Source: a virus (taxonomy: Duplodnaviria; Caudoviricetes). Taken from it: a stretch of DNA of 24,173 nucleotides. The notes below the pieces were generated by a model. The model worked only from the letters and a program-made list of their open reading frames with translations, made no database searches and was not told where the DNA came from. This document shows positions 16,636-24,173 of the stretch, one piece after another (positions within the stretch are counted from its first letter, which is position 1; each line of letters begins with the position of its first letter). The position numbers and the translations under genes are program-made. The DNA lies in IMG/VR virus record IMGVR_UViG_3300016472_000194, positions 1-24,173 of that record, one strand, 5' to 3'.

Positions 16636-17264
16636 AGTTCAAGGTCGACACCGCTGACGTCAAGAAGGCCGCTGCGATCCTCCTGGGGGCGCGCGAGACG
16701 CTGCGCCGCGATAACGAGCGCACGGCCGAGCGCGTCGGCATGCGCGCCGTCGGCGTCATCAAGCGGCGGTACAGGGGCGCACGCGAGACGACCGCGACAG
16801 CAACGGCCGTTCGCACGGGCGCATTGCGCGACCAGTACGACCACCGCACGCGCGCCAAGGGCGACACGGTCGAACTCGACCTTGGCATCATCCGACCTGG
16901 CGCCGACGCGAAGGTCTTGGAGTACGCCCGCATCCACGAGAAGGACGGTGAGACGGTGATCCGCCCCCGCCGTTCGAAGTTCCTTGCCATCCCGTTGCCG
17001 GCCGTGAAGACCGCCGTCCGTGGCGTAGCTCGCGGCCTGCCGCGCGACTTCTCGGAGACGTTCGTGCGGCGCAACGACAAGGGCCGTCTGGTCATCTACC
17101 AGAACCGCGCCGACCAGGTCGTGCCGCTGTTCGCCCTCGTGCGCTCCGTGCGCGTCAAGGGCCGTCCCGCCCTCGTGCCGGTCGGCCAAGAGGTTGTCAT
17201 GCCGGGGCTGCGCGAAGGGGTTGACGAGAACTGGCAGAAGCTCATGGGGAGTCTCGGACGATGA
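16632..17264 (+). CDS. Neck/tail-completion protein (HK97 gp10 / Mu gpG-like)
   Basis: ATGA overlap at 16632; RTGALR, EYARIHE, IRP...KFLAIP motifs. Confidence 0.75.
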   Translation: MKFKVDTADVKKAAAILLGARETLRRDNERTAERVGMRAVGVIKRRYRGARETTATATAVRTGALRDQYDHRTRAKGDTVELDLGIIRPGADAKVLEYARIHEKDGETVIRPRRSKFLAIPLPAVKTAVRGVARGLPRDFSETFVRRNDKGRLVIYQNRADQVVPLFALVRSVRVKGRPALVPVGQEVVMPGLREGVDENWQKLMGSLGR

Positions 17265-17713
17265 AGCCGAAGCGCCTCGCCGTGATTGACGCCTTCGTGT
17301 CGGTGATCGCCGGTTGTCGCTCGATCAAGGGCGCGGCCCACGATGTTCCGTTTGAGTACGAAGGCAAGAAGTACCCATTCGCCTTCATCTACGACAGTGA
17401 CGAGGAATACTCGTTCGATGGCGCTCCGAATTTCAACGAGGTGACTCTCTCGCTTGAATCGACGACGGTGTTTGAGTTCTCCGAGCAGCGCGGCAAGACG
17501 CCGCGCGTACTCGGCGCCGCGATCCTCGCTGAACAGCTTGCGGCAGTGATGCAAAACTTTCGACTCGACGGGCTCGCGCTCGACGTGACGCCGACGAGTT
17601 CGGCCATCGGCGAGGTGGCAACCAAAGACGGCTCAGATCTGGCGGCGACGGTTGTGACCTGGCGCGTCCGGTACACTTGCCCGTTGACTGACCCATATAT
17701 GCAGGAGGTGTGA
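17261..17713 (+). CDS. Tail terminator-like protein
   Basis: Acidic 150 aa with YPFAFIYD and a terminal VRY...DPY; directly before the tail tube. Confidence 0.7.
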   Translation: MKPKRLAVIDAFVSVIAGCRSIKGAAHDVPFEYEGKKYPFAFIYDSDEEYSFDGAPNFNEVTLSLESTTVFEFSEQRGKTPRVLGAAILAEQLAAVMQNFRLDGLALDVTPTSSAIGEVATKDGSDLAATVVTWRVRYTCPLTDPYMQEV

Positions 17714-17715
17714 GC

Positions 17716-18744
17716 ATGGCAACCCGAGCACTCAGCAGGATTTCGCGGTGCGCCGCCAAGGTGGAGGGGACGTACAACACCGACCCTGGAACGACGCTTT
17801 CGACCGACGGCGTATTGATCGCCGAGGCGCCCAACGTCGTGCCCAACTTCAATTGGCTCGCAACGCCTGCCACGGTGGCGCGCACCTTGACGCAGCAACA
17901 CAAGGACGTGCTGTCCTTCGCGGATCTACCGGTACGCCTGCGTGGATTCCTGCAAGGCTCGGGTACGCTAGGCAGCAGGACGCCAGCGTCTTTTGCCGGG
18001 CAAGACGCGATCTTCCGCGCTTGCGGCATGGCTTCGACGGCAACGCCAAGCACGGGACCGATCGCATACACCCCGGCCGTCATCTCGTCGGGATCGCTCG
18101 AATCCGTCTGGCTGGACCTCGAAAACGACGGGCAGATCCAGGAAGCCGGGGGGTGCGTTGGGAACATCACGTTCTCGGCTCAGGCACAGGGCCGCGTTGC
18201 GTGGGAGTTTACCGGCATGGCGCACTATCGGGCGCCGTCGTCGGGGAATCTGTCCAGCAGCTTCGCTCTGACTGACCGCACGGAGGTGTTCAATAGTGTC
18301 ACTGGCGGCATCAAGCCGTCCGACGGCTCGACTTACAACTCAGCGGGCGGACTAGTGCTTGCTGGCTTCGAGTTCAATCGTGGCGCGGTCATTCAGCGCG
18401 AAATCTCGGCAACCGCTACATACGGCATCAACTCGTTTTTCATCGAGTCGTCGCGCCCGACGCTGAGCGTGACGATCGCAGCCGATACGGCTTCCGCAAA
18501 TCTCGACATCTTCGACATCCCGCCGGACATCGCGGGCCGCACCGACCACGGCGTCGAGTTCAAGTACGGGACGACGCCAAACGCTGTCCTGTGGGGCTTC
18601 CCGACGGCGCAGTTGCTGAACTACCGCAAGGGCGTGGTTAACGGCTACGACACGATCACGCTTGAGTATCTGATCCGGCACACGACGAAGGAAAGCGAGT
18701 TCTCGATCAAGATCGGCGAAGAGTCGCTCGCCATCGCTACCTGA
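17716..18744 (+). CDS. Major tail tube protein
   Basis: AGGAGG RBS and ATG 17716; AKVEGTY.TDP, IFRACG, YTP, GCVG...F motifs; position between terminator and chaperone. Confidence 0.8.
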   Translation: MATRALSRISRCAAKVEGTYNTDPGTTLSTDGVLIAEAPNVVPNFNWLATPATVARTLTQQHKDVLSFADLPVRLRGFLQGSGTLGSRTPASFAGQDAIFRACGMASTATPSTGPIAYTPAVISSGSLESVWLDLENDGQIQEAGGCVGNITFSAQAQGRVAWEFTGMAHYRAPSSGNLSSSFALTDRTEVFNSVTGGIKPSDGSTYNSAGGLVLAGFEFNRGAVIQREISATATYGINSFFIESSRPTLSVTIAADTASANLDIFDIPPDIAGRTDHGVEFKYGTTPNAVLWGFPTAQLLNYRKGVVNGYDTITLEYLIRHTTKESEFSIKIGEESLAIAT

Positions 18745-18757
18745 TCGGAGGCAAGCC

Positions 18758-18991
18758 ATGCTTGGAGAAATCGTCACGATCAATGGCGGCGATGGCTGCC
18801 AGTACCTCGTCAAGCGGGACGGCCTGCGCGACGACGGCACAAGGATTCTAAGGCTTCGGCCGCTCGACGGTGGACCGCTCCAATTCGTCGAGCCGAGCGA
18901 TGTGACACTCGCTCAGCCGGTAATCACGGGGCGCACCACCGAAAGTGAGGCGCACGATGAAGCTGAAGGGCAAGCCGAGGGAGACGCTTGA
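18758..18991 (+). CDS. Hypothetical protein, 77 aa
   Basis: GGAGG RBS; short beta-rich sequence between tube and chaperone. Confidence 0.55.
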   Translation: MLGEIVTINGGDGCQYLVKRDGLRDDGTRILRLRPLDGGPLQFVEPSDVTLAQPVITGRTTESEAHDEAEGQAEGDA

Positions 18992-19499
18992 GGTCGACCT
19001 CGGGCACGGCGTAACCGCCACGTTCGCGTTCTTGACCCGCAAGGACGCGAGCGAAATCAACACGCAGGCGTTCGGCCAGCGATGGGACGCGGAGGCAGGC
19101 AAGGTGGTGCCGGAGTTCGACACCATGCTGAACCTGCAAGAGCGGATGCGGCGCGGAGTTCCGTCCGTTTCCGGCCTCACCGTCGATGCGCTCTTGGCCC
19201 TCGCCGAGATCCCGCCTCACGTTGAACTCGACGTGGAGGTCGGCGAAGGCGACCTCGTCGCGTGGGATCACGACCGCATCGTCTACGGCGAGACGGTTAG
19301 CGTCGACGACCCGACCGAGAAGAACCCGAGCCGTAAGGCGAGCAAGACGCTGCGCTACACGCTGCCGATGTACCTCTACACCTACGGGCCGCGCGACGGC
19401 TTCGCGGCTCGCTTCGAGGAAGTCCAGGCGCAGTGGCGCACGCTCCACGCCGAGCGCGAAAAAAAAAGCTCGAAGACACCCGACAGCTCGCCCGAATAA
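18957..19499 (+). CDS. Tail assembly chaperone (lambda gpG analogue)
   Basis: GAGG before ATG 18957; lies between tube and tape measure; slippery A9 run near its 3' end. Confidence 0.72.
   Translation: MKLKGKPRETLEVDLGHGVTATFAFLTRKDASEINTQAFGQRWDAEAGKVVPEFDTMLNLQERMRRGVPSVSGLTVDALLALAEIPPHVELDVEVGEGDLVAWDHDRIVYGETVSVDDPTEKNPSRKASKTLRYTLPMYLYTYGPRDGFAARFEEVQAQWRTLHAEREKKSSKTPDSSPE
19459..19467 (+). other. Programmed -1 ribosomal frameshift site (A AAA AAA)
   Basis: GAA AAA AAA AGC in the G frame; the -1 frame stays open to 19819. Confidence 0.78.
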
Positions 19500-19819
19500 A
19501 CGAACACCCGAAGTACCCGCCTTATGACCAGCGCCTCACAGGCTGTAGCGACTGCCGCAAGCGGAAGGATCATGCCGAGCTTTGCGGCGACGGCTGCATG
19601 TGGGCGAAATTCGACCAGTTCGCGCATGACGCCTACGCGCTGTGGCGGCGCTGCCGCGAAGGGGTCGGTAAGAACGAAGCGGGCGGGATCGTTTGGAAGG
19701 TCGACCATGGGGCCTTGCGCGCCTACATGGAGGCGGGCGGGCCTTTGGTCGATGACCACGAGCCGGCTGACATCCTCGACGGCGTGCTCATCGTCAACGC
19801 GACCAAGACGGGGGGGTGA
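19466..19819 (+). CDS. Frameshift extension of the tail chaperone (gpGT analogue, T part)
   Basis: -1 frame ORF with no clear start/RBS of its own; CSDC...CGDGC motif; its stop overlaps the tape measure ATG. Confidence 0.7.
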   Translation, partial: KLEDTRQLARINEHPKYPPYDQRLTGCSDCRKRKDHAELCGDGCMWAKFDQFAHDAYALWRRCREGVGKNEAGGIVWKVDHGALRAYMEAGGPLVDDHEPADILDGVLIVNATKTGG

Positions 19820-22800
19820 TGGCTGAGACGAAACTCACCTTCCGCGTCTCCGACGATGGCACGCTGTCGGTACTCGACAGCGCGGGGAAGAAGCTCGGCG
19901 ACATTGGCGGCGAAGCGGAGAAGTCTGCTTCGCGCGCCGAACGGGCTTTCGCATCGCTGAAGACTGCCGCGCTCGCCACGGTCGCGGCTGTCGGCACGGC
20001 TGCCACGGCGAGCGCTTACGCGGTCAAGCAACAGATCGACCAGATCGACGACATCGGCTTACTGGCGCGCAACCTGGGCCTGCAAGCCCGCGAGCTGTCG
20101 GGCCTGTCCGTGGCTGCGCAGCTTGCGAACGTCGAGCTGGGCCAGCTTGGGCGGGCGGTGGGCACCCTGTCGAGCAAGATCCAGGACGCCCGCCAGGGTG
20201 GATCGAGCCGCAAGCTGTTCGATGACCTCGGGATCGACGTTCGCTCGGGGCAGTCCGCGACCGAGGTACTCTATCAGGTCGCGGATGCGTTCGCTGGGAT
20301 GACCGATTCCGTCGCTCGCACGGCGGCGGCGCGCGAACTCTTCGCCAAGGGTGGCGTGCAAATGGTCGAAGTGCTCGCCGGTGGCTCGGCGGCGCTGCGT
20401 GACCAGGTGGCCGAGGCCGAGCGGTTGGGGCTGGTTTTCTCCGACCTCGACGCGGCGTTAGCGGACAAGCTCAACGACGACCTCGACCGCCTCATGATGG
20501 CGGTCACCGGAACGGCGCGCGAGATGGCCGTTTCCTTGCTCCCGGTGGCGGTCGATCTTGTTTCGGAGTTGCAAGCCTGGACGATCGCCAACCGCGAGGT
20601 GGTAGCTCACGACCTCGCCGGGTGGCTCCGCGACGTTGCGACCGCCGCGACGACAACGAAGGATGCAATCTCGGGTCTGTCGAGCGTCGCCAAGGCGGGC
20701 TGGACCTACATGCTCGAACCGCTCGTGGATGCGGCGGTCGATCTTGGCGTTGGCGCCTACTATAATCCCACCTATTCCAGCACGGCGGCGCAGGCGCAGC
20801 GGCGCATCTACGGGCGCGGACTCGATCCCGGCTCGCTTGGCGTTGGTTCCGGTCGAGCCGATACTGCGGCGGGAATGTCGCCGATGTTCCCCGGCTCGGC
20901 GGCGGTGCCGTTCGCTGGCGTCTCCGGTGGCGTGGCACGATTCCCGAGCGCGGGGCGCGTGGCCGGTGGTTCCGGCGGCGGGGTCGGCACGGTCGCGGTT
21001 GACGCCGCGGCCGCAAGGGTCGAAGTCGACGCCCTCGCCCGCTCGATCGAGCAAGACCTCATGTTCGCCCTTGGGCGTATCGAGCAGGGCAACGTTCTGG
21101 GCGAGTATTTCACGACAGCGACGGACACCGGCACGGCAGCGGCGGTCACTATCGGCGATGCGATCGTTGCCGAGATGGAGCGCGCCGAGGGCGCGGTGAT
21201 CCGGCTCGGCGAGATCATCCCCGACGCCCTAGTGAGCGCGGTCGACAACCTGATTGCCTCGGGCAAGTTCGACTTGGGCCGCGTGTTCCAAGCGACGACG
21301 CAAGCCACGCTGTCGCGGTCGTTCGCGTCGGTGCTTGAGCAGTCGGTGACGTTCCCGGACATCAACCTTGGGCGGCTGTTTGCCGGGCAGGCGCGGGCCA
21401 CGGGCTCTACCGGCGGCATGACCATCGCGGGCGGATCATTTGGCGGCGGAATGAGCGTAGACGCCTCGCAGGGCGCGTTCATGACAGACGCGGCGACGGG
21501 ACAGCCGGTGTTCGTTCCCGGCGGCGCGGCGCTGCCGGCGGCAGCTAGCGGCGGCTTCAACTTCAGCGCTGCCGCTGGCGCTGGGCTCTCGGCTGGCATG
21601 CTCGGCGGCGGACTCGCTTCGATGCTCGGCGCGTCGCAGGAAGAGACAATCGGCACCACGATCGGTTCGGCGGCGGGCGCTGCAATCGCGGCTGGTGCTG
21701 GCTTCGGGCCGCTTGGCATGGCGATCGGCGGGCTTGTCGGAGTCCTGGGGGGATTCTTGAGCGGCGGTCTTTTCGAGTCGTCGCCGAACCGCGACCAGGC
21801 CACCCGCATGGCGCTCGACGAGGCGTTCAAGGCGGGCGGGATCTTTCCGACGCTTGCGCTTTCCAAGGAACCGCCGCGCGAGTTCCGTTTCGCCGGTATG
21901 TCTCCCTCCGCGATCCGTGCGCGCTACTCTGACGTGGGCAACCCATTGAAGGGCGGATACCGCACACAGGATGAGCTGCTCGCCGGGATGCTGGCGTCTG
22001 GAGAGATCCGCACAGCAGGCGCACCGGCCTACATGGCCGGTATGTCGAGCGAGATCCAGGCACTTGGGGTGCTACTCGGGCTCGAAGGCTCGCAGGTCGA
22101 CGAAAAGGTCGGGCGCAACCTGGGCATTCGCGCCGACATTCTCGGCATTGGCGAAGAGCAGTTTTTGCGCGAGATACGCGCGGCGGCGCAGGCGTTGGGC
22201 ACGCTCGATGAGCAGTTGAAAGAACTCAACTTCTCGTTCTTGCGTAACGCCATCGACGGCAAGGACGCTACTTTCACGATCGACCAGTATCGAGATCGAC
22301 TTGAGGGCACGATCAACCTTCTGGTCGACGACCTCCCGGTCGGCGTCGATGCGGTCGCCATCGCCTTTCAGAACCTTGACCAGTACCTCGGCAACGGGGT
22401 GGTCAACATCGAGAACTTCACCGACGCCTTGGACAAGGCGGTACAGATCGCAAGCGGCCTACAGTCCGGCATCCGTGGCGCCGGTACGGCGGCGGTGTCG
22501 GGCATCCTCACCGGGGCGCAGGGCAACGCGGCGACGTTCCGCCGGTCGGTGCTGTCGTCCGCCGTCGGCGCACTTGGCGAATCGGCTTTGAACCAGATCA
22601 CCGGCACGGGGGCTTTCGCCGCGCTGAACTCATCTTTGACCTCGGCGGTGCTCTCTGGCGATCAAGGCGCCATCGCCGCCGCCTTGGCGCAGGTTCCGGG
22701 CGCGTTCGACCAAATCAACGCAGCAGTGGCGCGCTTCATCCCGCTGTTTGCAGAGCTGCAAGAAGAGATTGAAGCCGGAAGCCGCAGCGCGGCCGGGTAC

Positions 22801-23265
22801 ATGGGCCAGCGGTCGGACGTGCTCGCCTTGCGCGACCGGCTGACGATGTCGGCGATGACGCCGACGCAGCAGCGGGCGGCGCTCGAAAGCAAGCTCGGCG
22901 CGGATCGGTCCATCCTCGACGCCATCTTGTCTGATTCGTTTGTGTCACAGTCCGAGCAGGAGCGGTTTGATGCCGCGATCGGGCGCTATGGCGGCAACGC
23001 TGAAGCTCTGTTCGCTCTGTCGGGGAACTACGCTTCCGGCTCGGCGCAGGCGCGGGCGCTACAGCAACAGGCTCTCGCTGCTCTCGACTATGCCGCTGGG
23101 GCGCTCGAAATCGCCGCTTCGTCAATCAGCGTTGGTGATATGGCCGTGTCGACAATGACGGTTGACCAGATCATCGTCAGCGCGAACGCTGCCGCCGGTC
23201 TGGTGACCGCTGGCCTTGCCACACCGCAGGGCTCGCAAGCGGCACAACAGGCGATGCAGGGGTAA
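19819..23265 (+). CDS. Tail tape measure protein
   Basis: 1148 aa, Ala/Gly-rich and helical; F..LGI.V, A..LFAKGG motifs; Gly-rich hydrophobic stretch GPLGMAIGGLVGVLGGFL; follows the G/GT chaperone. Confidence 0.92.
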   Translation: MAETKLTFRVSDDGTLSVLDSAGKKLGDIGGEAEKSASRAERAFASLKTAALATVAAVGTAATASAYAVKQQIDQIDDIGLLARNLGLQARELSGLSVAAQLANVELGQLGRAVGTLSSKIQDARQGGSSRKLFDDLGIDVRSGQSATEVLYQVADAFAGMTDSVARTAAARELFAKGGVQMVEVLAGGSAALRDQVAEAERLGLVFSDLDAALADKLNDDLDRLMMAVTGTAREMAVSLLPVAVDLVSELQAWTIANREVVAHDLAGWLRDVATAATTTKDAISGLSSVAKAGWTYMLEPLVDAAVDLGVGAYYNPTYSSTAAQAQRRIYGRGLDPGSLGVGSGRADTAAGMSPMFPGSAAVPFAGVSGGVARFPSAGRVAGGSGGGVGTVAVDAAAARVEVDALARSIEQDLMFALGRIEQGNVLGEYFTTATDTGTAAAVTIGDAIVAEMERAEGAVIRLGEIIPDALVSAVDNLIASGKFDLGRVFQATTQATLSRSFASVLEQSVTFPDINLGRLFAGQARATGSTGGMTIAGGSFGGGMSVDASQGAFMTDAATGQPVFVPGGAALPAAASGGFNFSAAAGAGLSAGMLGGGLASMLGASQEETIGTTIGSAAGAAIAAGAGFGPLGMAIGGLVGVLGGFLSGGLFESSPNRDQATRMALDEAFKAGGIFPTLALSKEPPREFRFAGMSPSAIRARYSDVGNPLKGGYRTQDELLAGMLASGEIRTAGAPAYMAGMSSEIQALGVLLGLEGSQVDEKVGRNLGIRADILGIGEEQFLREIRAAAQALGTLDEQLKELNFSFLRNAIDGKDATFTIDQYRDRLEGTINLLVDDLPVGVDAVAIAFQNLDQYLGNGVVNIENFTDALDKAVQIASGLQSGIRGAGTAAVSGILTGAQGNAATFRRSVLSSAVGALGESALNQITGTGAFAALNSSLTSAVLSGDQGAIAAALAQVPGAFDQINAAVARFIPLFAELQEEIEAGSRSAAGYMGQRSDVLALRDRLTMSAMTPTQQRAALESKLGADRSILDAILSDSFVSQSEQERFDAAIGRYGGNAEALFALSGNYASGSAQARALQQQALAALDYAAGALEIAASSISVGDMAVSTMTVDQIIVSANAAAGLVTAGLATPQGSQAAQQAMQG

Positions 23266-23268
23266 CCG

Positions 23269-24060
23269 ATGGGATTTAAGATCGCCAGCGAACGCGGCGG
23301 GCACTTCGCCGCACCGATCCGCACCATCGGCAGCACGGCGCAATCGGCGTTTCCGCAAGCGAATCTGACCGAATGGTGGGCGCCGTATCGCCAGGCGAGG
23401 GCGACGGGCAACACCAGCGGGACTACTTACTTCGGCCTCGACTTCGGCGCGGCGGTCAACGTGGCGGCGGTGATTGTCGGCAACGTCAACGTCGCGTCGA
23501 TCAAGATTCAGGGCCACACGGCAGACTCGTGGGGATCGCCGACTCGTGACAGCGGCGCGCTTACGGTGTTGCAGGACGCGCTGACGGGGCGCTACAACTG
23601 CATTTACCAGCCGAGCGGTTGGACCAGCGGGACGCGCTACGTCCGCGTCCTCAGTAACACCGCGACAGAGACCGACTCCACCGATGTTTTCGCGGTCGGC
23701 TACATGCTGGTCCTGACCACGCTCTCCGAACTCAGCACGCCGCTCGCTGACCCCATCGGACTCACGCCGACCGAAGCCGTGCTTTCGCAGGAGCTTTCCG
23801 GTGGCGGCGACGATACGGTCGGGATAGGTCGCGTGCGGGCGAATATCTCGATCGCGCAGTCGGTCTTTGCTGGCGACAACGACTCGGAGATCCTGACGTT
23901 CCTGCGCCGCGAAGGGAGGCACGGTGCGTTCGCGTTCTACCTGAACGATGGCGACACCTCGCAGGTGTACGTCTGCCGTCGTGCCGCCGAGGCGGGCCTC
24001 ACCCTCACCGGGCCGAACGCGCGCAACCTCGCGCCGGTGGCGCTCCGAGAGCTTATCTGA
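23269..24060 (+). CDS. Tail tip protein (distal tail/Dit-like, with an N-terminal beta-sandwich)
   Basis: First gene after the tape measure; FPQANL...DFGAAVNV..V...N.N...RYVRV discoidin-like pattern. Confidence 0.6.
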   Translation: MGFKIASERGGHFAAPIRTIGSTAQSAFPQANLTEWWAPYRQARATGNTSGTTYFGLDFGAAVNVAAVIVGNVNVASIKIQGHTADSWGSPTRDSGALTVLQDALTGRYNCIYQPSGWTSGTRYVRVLSNTATETDSTDVFAVGYMLVLTTLSELSTPLADPIGLTPTEAVLSQELSGGGDDTVGIGRVRANISIAQSVFAGDNDSEILTFLRREGRHGAFAFYLNDGDTSQVYVCRRAAEAGLTLTGPNARNLAPVALRELI

Positions 24061-24173
24061 TGGCCTTGACGTTCGACGGCTCGACTCAATACGGGACGAC
24101 GACAACGACGTTCCTGTCGGGCGCAACGGCGTTCACCGTCTGTTTCTGGTTCCGCCCTGCCGACTTCTCGGGC
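24060..24173 (+). CDS. Start of a LamG/ConA-like domain tail protein; 3' truncated
   Basis: TGATG overlap; MALTFDGSTQYG...AFTVCFWFRP is a typical LamG opening. Confidence 0.7.
   Translation, partial: MALTFDGSTQYGTTTTTFLSGATAFTVCFWFRPADFSG

Larger units (their letters stand above)
1..24173 (+). mobile_element. Tailed phage/prophage segment (Caudoviricetes, siphovirus-like): replication, packaging, head and tail modules
   Basis: Co-oriented TerS-TerL-portal-protease-capsid-neck-tube-chaperone-tape measure series with overlapping stop/start codons; no sheath gene; no integrase or att site in the window, so free phage versus prophage is undetermined. Confidence 0.96.

Noticed and set aside
17716-23265. 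Contractile injection system, tailocin or gene transfer agent
   Set aside because: No sheath; a full head, packaging and replication set is present, consistent with an ordinary phage backbone

Overview
A GC-rich, densely coding segment of a tailed dsDNA phage or prophage. It is siphovirus-like: it has a tail tube, a frameshifted tail chaperone and a tape measure, and no sheath gene is visible. All credible genes are on the + strand. Order: end of a replication initiator, DnaC/IstB-like loader, two small ORFs, an unusual three-gene block (1296-aa signal-peptide protein with long Thr/Pro linkers, signal-peptide fibre-adaptor-like protein, Ig-like collar-type protein), TerS, TerL, portal, Mu-F-like head protein, XkdF-like protease, scaffold with nested start, decoration protein, major capsid, accessory head genes (one with a lipobox-type signal peptide), neck genes, tail tube, chaperone G/GT, tape measure, Dit-like gene and the start of a LamG protein. 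The most notable signal is that three apparently virion-associated proteins carry Sec-type signal peptides and multiple cysteines, suggesting a fibre/decoration set that is exported and matured outside the cytoplasm. An exact 13-bp motif followed by a hairpin also marks two intergenic junctions. All family assignments come from motif recognition and synteny by eye; no database searches were run.
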